Below, one piece after another: positions 61,920 through 64,000 of a DNA stretch of 64,000 nucleotides; the first letter of the stretch is position 1; each line of letters opens with the position of its first letter. The notes below the pieces were generated by a model that did no database searches, was not told the DNA's origin, and saw nothing but the letters and a program-made list of their open reading frames with translations. The translations under genes and the position numbers were made by a program. The stretch is from a virus (taxonomy: Duplodnaviria; Heunggongvirae; Uroviricota; Caudoviricetes): the IMG/VR virus record IMGVR_UViG_3300037418_000950; one strand, given 5' to 3'.

Positions 61920-64000
61920 TCAGAAAAAATCCTCTATTGAGTGTTGTTTCTGAGTTCCCCAACCTGCCACATCAAGCAAGGATTTCATTGGATTCAGAAA
62001 CGTGGTTTCAAACATGTCATGGCGATCCACATAAGGGTCGATTGCCAATTCTTCGGGGAAGGCTCCATCGGGAGCCCCAATAACTTCTTGTTTCAATGGA
62101 TTGAATTTCATCAAATGAAGATACTTTATTTTATCACCATTATGGAATTTTCGATACTTCGAAGTTAGGTTTTTGTCCGCTAAAAATTTATTGTAGAGGA
62201 TCGCAGCCTTCACCGCCTTGGGAGCCTTGGGCTTCCAATTGAAATTCGGCAGTTCGTATTTGGTGTAATCCTTGACCGAAGTCGGCCGCCCTATCTCAAA
62301 CAACGATAAGGTCATATATTCTTCGCGGAAGTCGGCAATTAATTTCTGGACCGCCGCTTCCCCTTCCGAGAACATCAATTCCAAGCCTTGCTTGATCTTC
62401 TTGCGACATACCTCGGGGGTGTTGGATCGAACAGGTTCCAAGCCCGTGATCTTGAGTTTAGGCGTCTTGAAGCGCACGCCCTCTTGATCCCATACCCAAG
62501 CCGCATAGTTCTTCTTCTTGCGCCAGAGAGCCTTTTCAATGATGCTTTCCCGCTTCATGTGGAGGGCATTCTTGTAAGCGTTTAGATCGCCTGTAAACTC
62601 CACAAACGACGCCTTGATCACGTTGGCCAATTCACCAGCGCAGAATTTGTCAAGGGCGTTGATGATTTCAGTTCTATCTGTCAAACCAGATGAAAGAACG
62701 AAATTTCCCAATTTAATATAAACGCTATCAGTATCAGAAGCGATGATATAATCAGTATCAGTATGAAATTTGGCATTGAGGAATTTGTTGATCCGTTCGG
62801 CAATAAATTTGATTACAGCCTGACCCGTGTAAGTGACAGCACGAGCATTGTCGATATTGTAAAACTTGAAGAAAGGGTTCGCAACGGCACCATAACAGGA
62901 GTTGAGTTGGATTTTCTTGCCGTATTGATAGTTATCATATTTGGTAATTTGTTCTTTGAGGGATTCGTCTTTGGTTCGTTCATACTCACGTTCCAACTGC
63001 AACATCTTGTCTTTGTAGGACTTGCGAAGGGCAAACTGTTCCTCAATCACGTCGGCCAGAAAACCACGAATGGAATTATCATAGAGGGCACCGTTGCCCG
63101 CCAACCCGTAGTTCTTTTCCTTTAGCGTCTTGGCATTGTAGCGCCCCGCCAAAATGTCTTCGTCGTCCAACTCCAGGACGCCACGCAAGGTCTCGGGTGA
63201 GATATTCCAGCCGATCATGATGTGGGGATACAGCGACGTTAAGTCGAAGGAGACAACCCAATCGAACATGCCGATTTGCGGGTCTTTGACGAACGCACCC
63301 TTTAACTCTTGGCGCTCGGCCTTCTTCGGCAAAGGCATCACGATATTCTTGGGCATCAGTTTGTTGAGACAGATGCATTCCCAAAGGAGCACGGACGATA
63401 GGGCGTCTTCGTAGTTCACCTTGGCGTCGTAGGCGACGACAATCGAGCGCTCGATATACTTGAGTTTCTTTTCGAGATTATGAACCAGTCGCGTGTCGTG
63501 GATGTTGTATTCGATATACAGTTGGGGGTTCTGTTCCCAGAGTTCATCGAGGTTGCGATATTGCGACGTATCTACCTTGGTTTCTTCAAGCTCATAGTAA
63601 CAGATGTTATTCAGCGAATAGCTATCGCGTTGACCGATGGCGAACTTCTTGTAGACGCGCATGTAGTCGAGATTGGCGATGCCTTCAATGATCCAATCGA
63701 CATAGGTTTTATACTCGCCGCCGACGAACTCTTTGTGCTCGCGACGACGGATGCGCTTCCATGGCGACAGACACAGGGCCGTATCCCATCCAAACAATTC
63801 ATCGATGCGAAGGATAATCATTGGGATGTCGAAGGTGTCGATATTCCAACCCGTGATAATATCAAGATCGAGCTTTTCCCAAAGTCGCATGAACTTTTGG
63901 AGCATATCCTTTTCGTCATCACAGAGGAAAAAGACGACGTTGGGATCAGTGTTATTGAAGTCTTTCCAAGATAGGACATACGTCTTATCTCCCTTTTGAA
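61920..64000 (-). CDS. family B DNA polymerase (partial; N-terminus beyond window edge)
   Basis: ExoII-like GWNIDTFDIPMI, motif B KIQLNSCYGAVAN, motif C IIASDTDSVYIKL; reading frame stays open to the window end. Confidence 0.85.
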   Translation of the reverse strand, partial: QKGDKTYVLSWKDFNNTDPNVVFFLCDDEKDMLQKFMRLWEKLDLDIITGWNIDTFDIPMIILRIDELFGWDTALCLSPWKRIRRREHKEFVGGEYKTYVDWIIEGIANLDYMRVYKKFAIGQRDSYSLNNICYYELEETKVDTSQYRNLDELWEQNPQLYIEYNIHDTRLVHNLEKKLKYIERSIVVAYDAKVNYEDALSSVLLWECICLNKLMPKNIVMPLPKKAERQELKGAFVKDPQIGMFDWVVSFDLTSLYPHIMIGWNISPETLRGVLELDDEDILAGRYNAKTLKEKNYGLAGNGALYDNSIRGFLADVIEEQFALRKSYKDKMLQLEREYERTKDESLKEQITKYDNYQYGKKIQLNSCYGAVANPFFKFYNIDNARAVTYTGQAVIKFIAERINKFLNAKFHTDTDYIIASDTDSVYIKLGNFVLSSGLTDRTEIINALDKFCAGELANVIKASFVEFTGDLNAYKNALHMKRESIIEKALWRKKKNYAAWVWDQEGVRFKTPKLKITGLEPVRSNTPEVCRKKIKQGLELMFSEGEAAVQKLIADFREEYMTLSLFEIGRPTSVKDYTKYELPNFNWKPKAPKAVKAAILYNKFLADKNLTSKYRKFHNGDKIKYLHLMKFNPLKQEVIGAPDGAFPEELAIDPYVDRHDMFETTFLNPMKSLLDVAGWGTQKQHSIEDFF

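Noticed and set aside
1-64000. CRISPR arrays, integrons, transposon ends or rRNA
   Set aside because: No regularly spaced direct repeats, attC-like sites, terminal inverted repeats with transposase, or rRNA-like conserved stretches were seen. The repeats present are coding (Pro/Ser and Thr/Asn-rich proteins).

Overview
This window reads as one contiguous segment of a large, probably lytic, tailed dsDNA phage genome, and nearly every gene is on the minus strand. The structural genes lie outside the window. It carries a DNA replication and recombination module (partial family B DNA polymerase, RecA/UvsX-like recombinase, DnaB-like helicase, primase, T4-type RNase H/5'-3' exonuclease, PD-(D/E)xK exonuclease, PhoH). 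It also carries a nucleotide-metabolism module (class II ribonucleotide reductase NrdJ, ThyX, dCMP deaminase, a P-loop nucleotide kinase, an OMP-decarboxylase homolog, two MazG-like proteins, a glutaredoxin-like protein, a HAD phosphatase). Two DNA methyltransferases are present (FkbM-family and N6-adenine 'NPPF'), together with two glycosyltransferases. Lysis-associated genes include a GH25 endolysin, a secreted CHAP peptidase and a TIGR02594-like hydrolase. Six free-standing homing endonucleases are present (four GIY-YIG, two HNH), as are nine minus-strand tRNA or tRNA-like genes. Five of the tRNAs look canonical (Ser-TGA, Glu-TTC, Met-CAT, Ala-TGC, Gly-TCC); four are structurally aberrant. 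Several near-consensus sigma70-type promoters on the minus strand drive tRNA loci and small accessory operons. The most unusual content is (1) a compact operon of four tandem, overlapping paralogous small acidic proteins plus an RHH regulator behind a perfect consensus promoter and a palindrome; (2) the non-canonical tRNA-like genes; (3) an OMP-decarboxylase homolog in the nucleotide module; and (4) a shared HExxH...PWEIDA domain in two otherwise unrelated proteins. All functional calls come from motif recognition by eye, with no database searches run.
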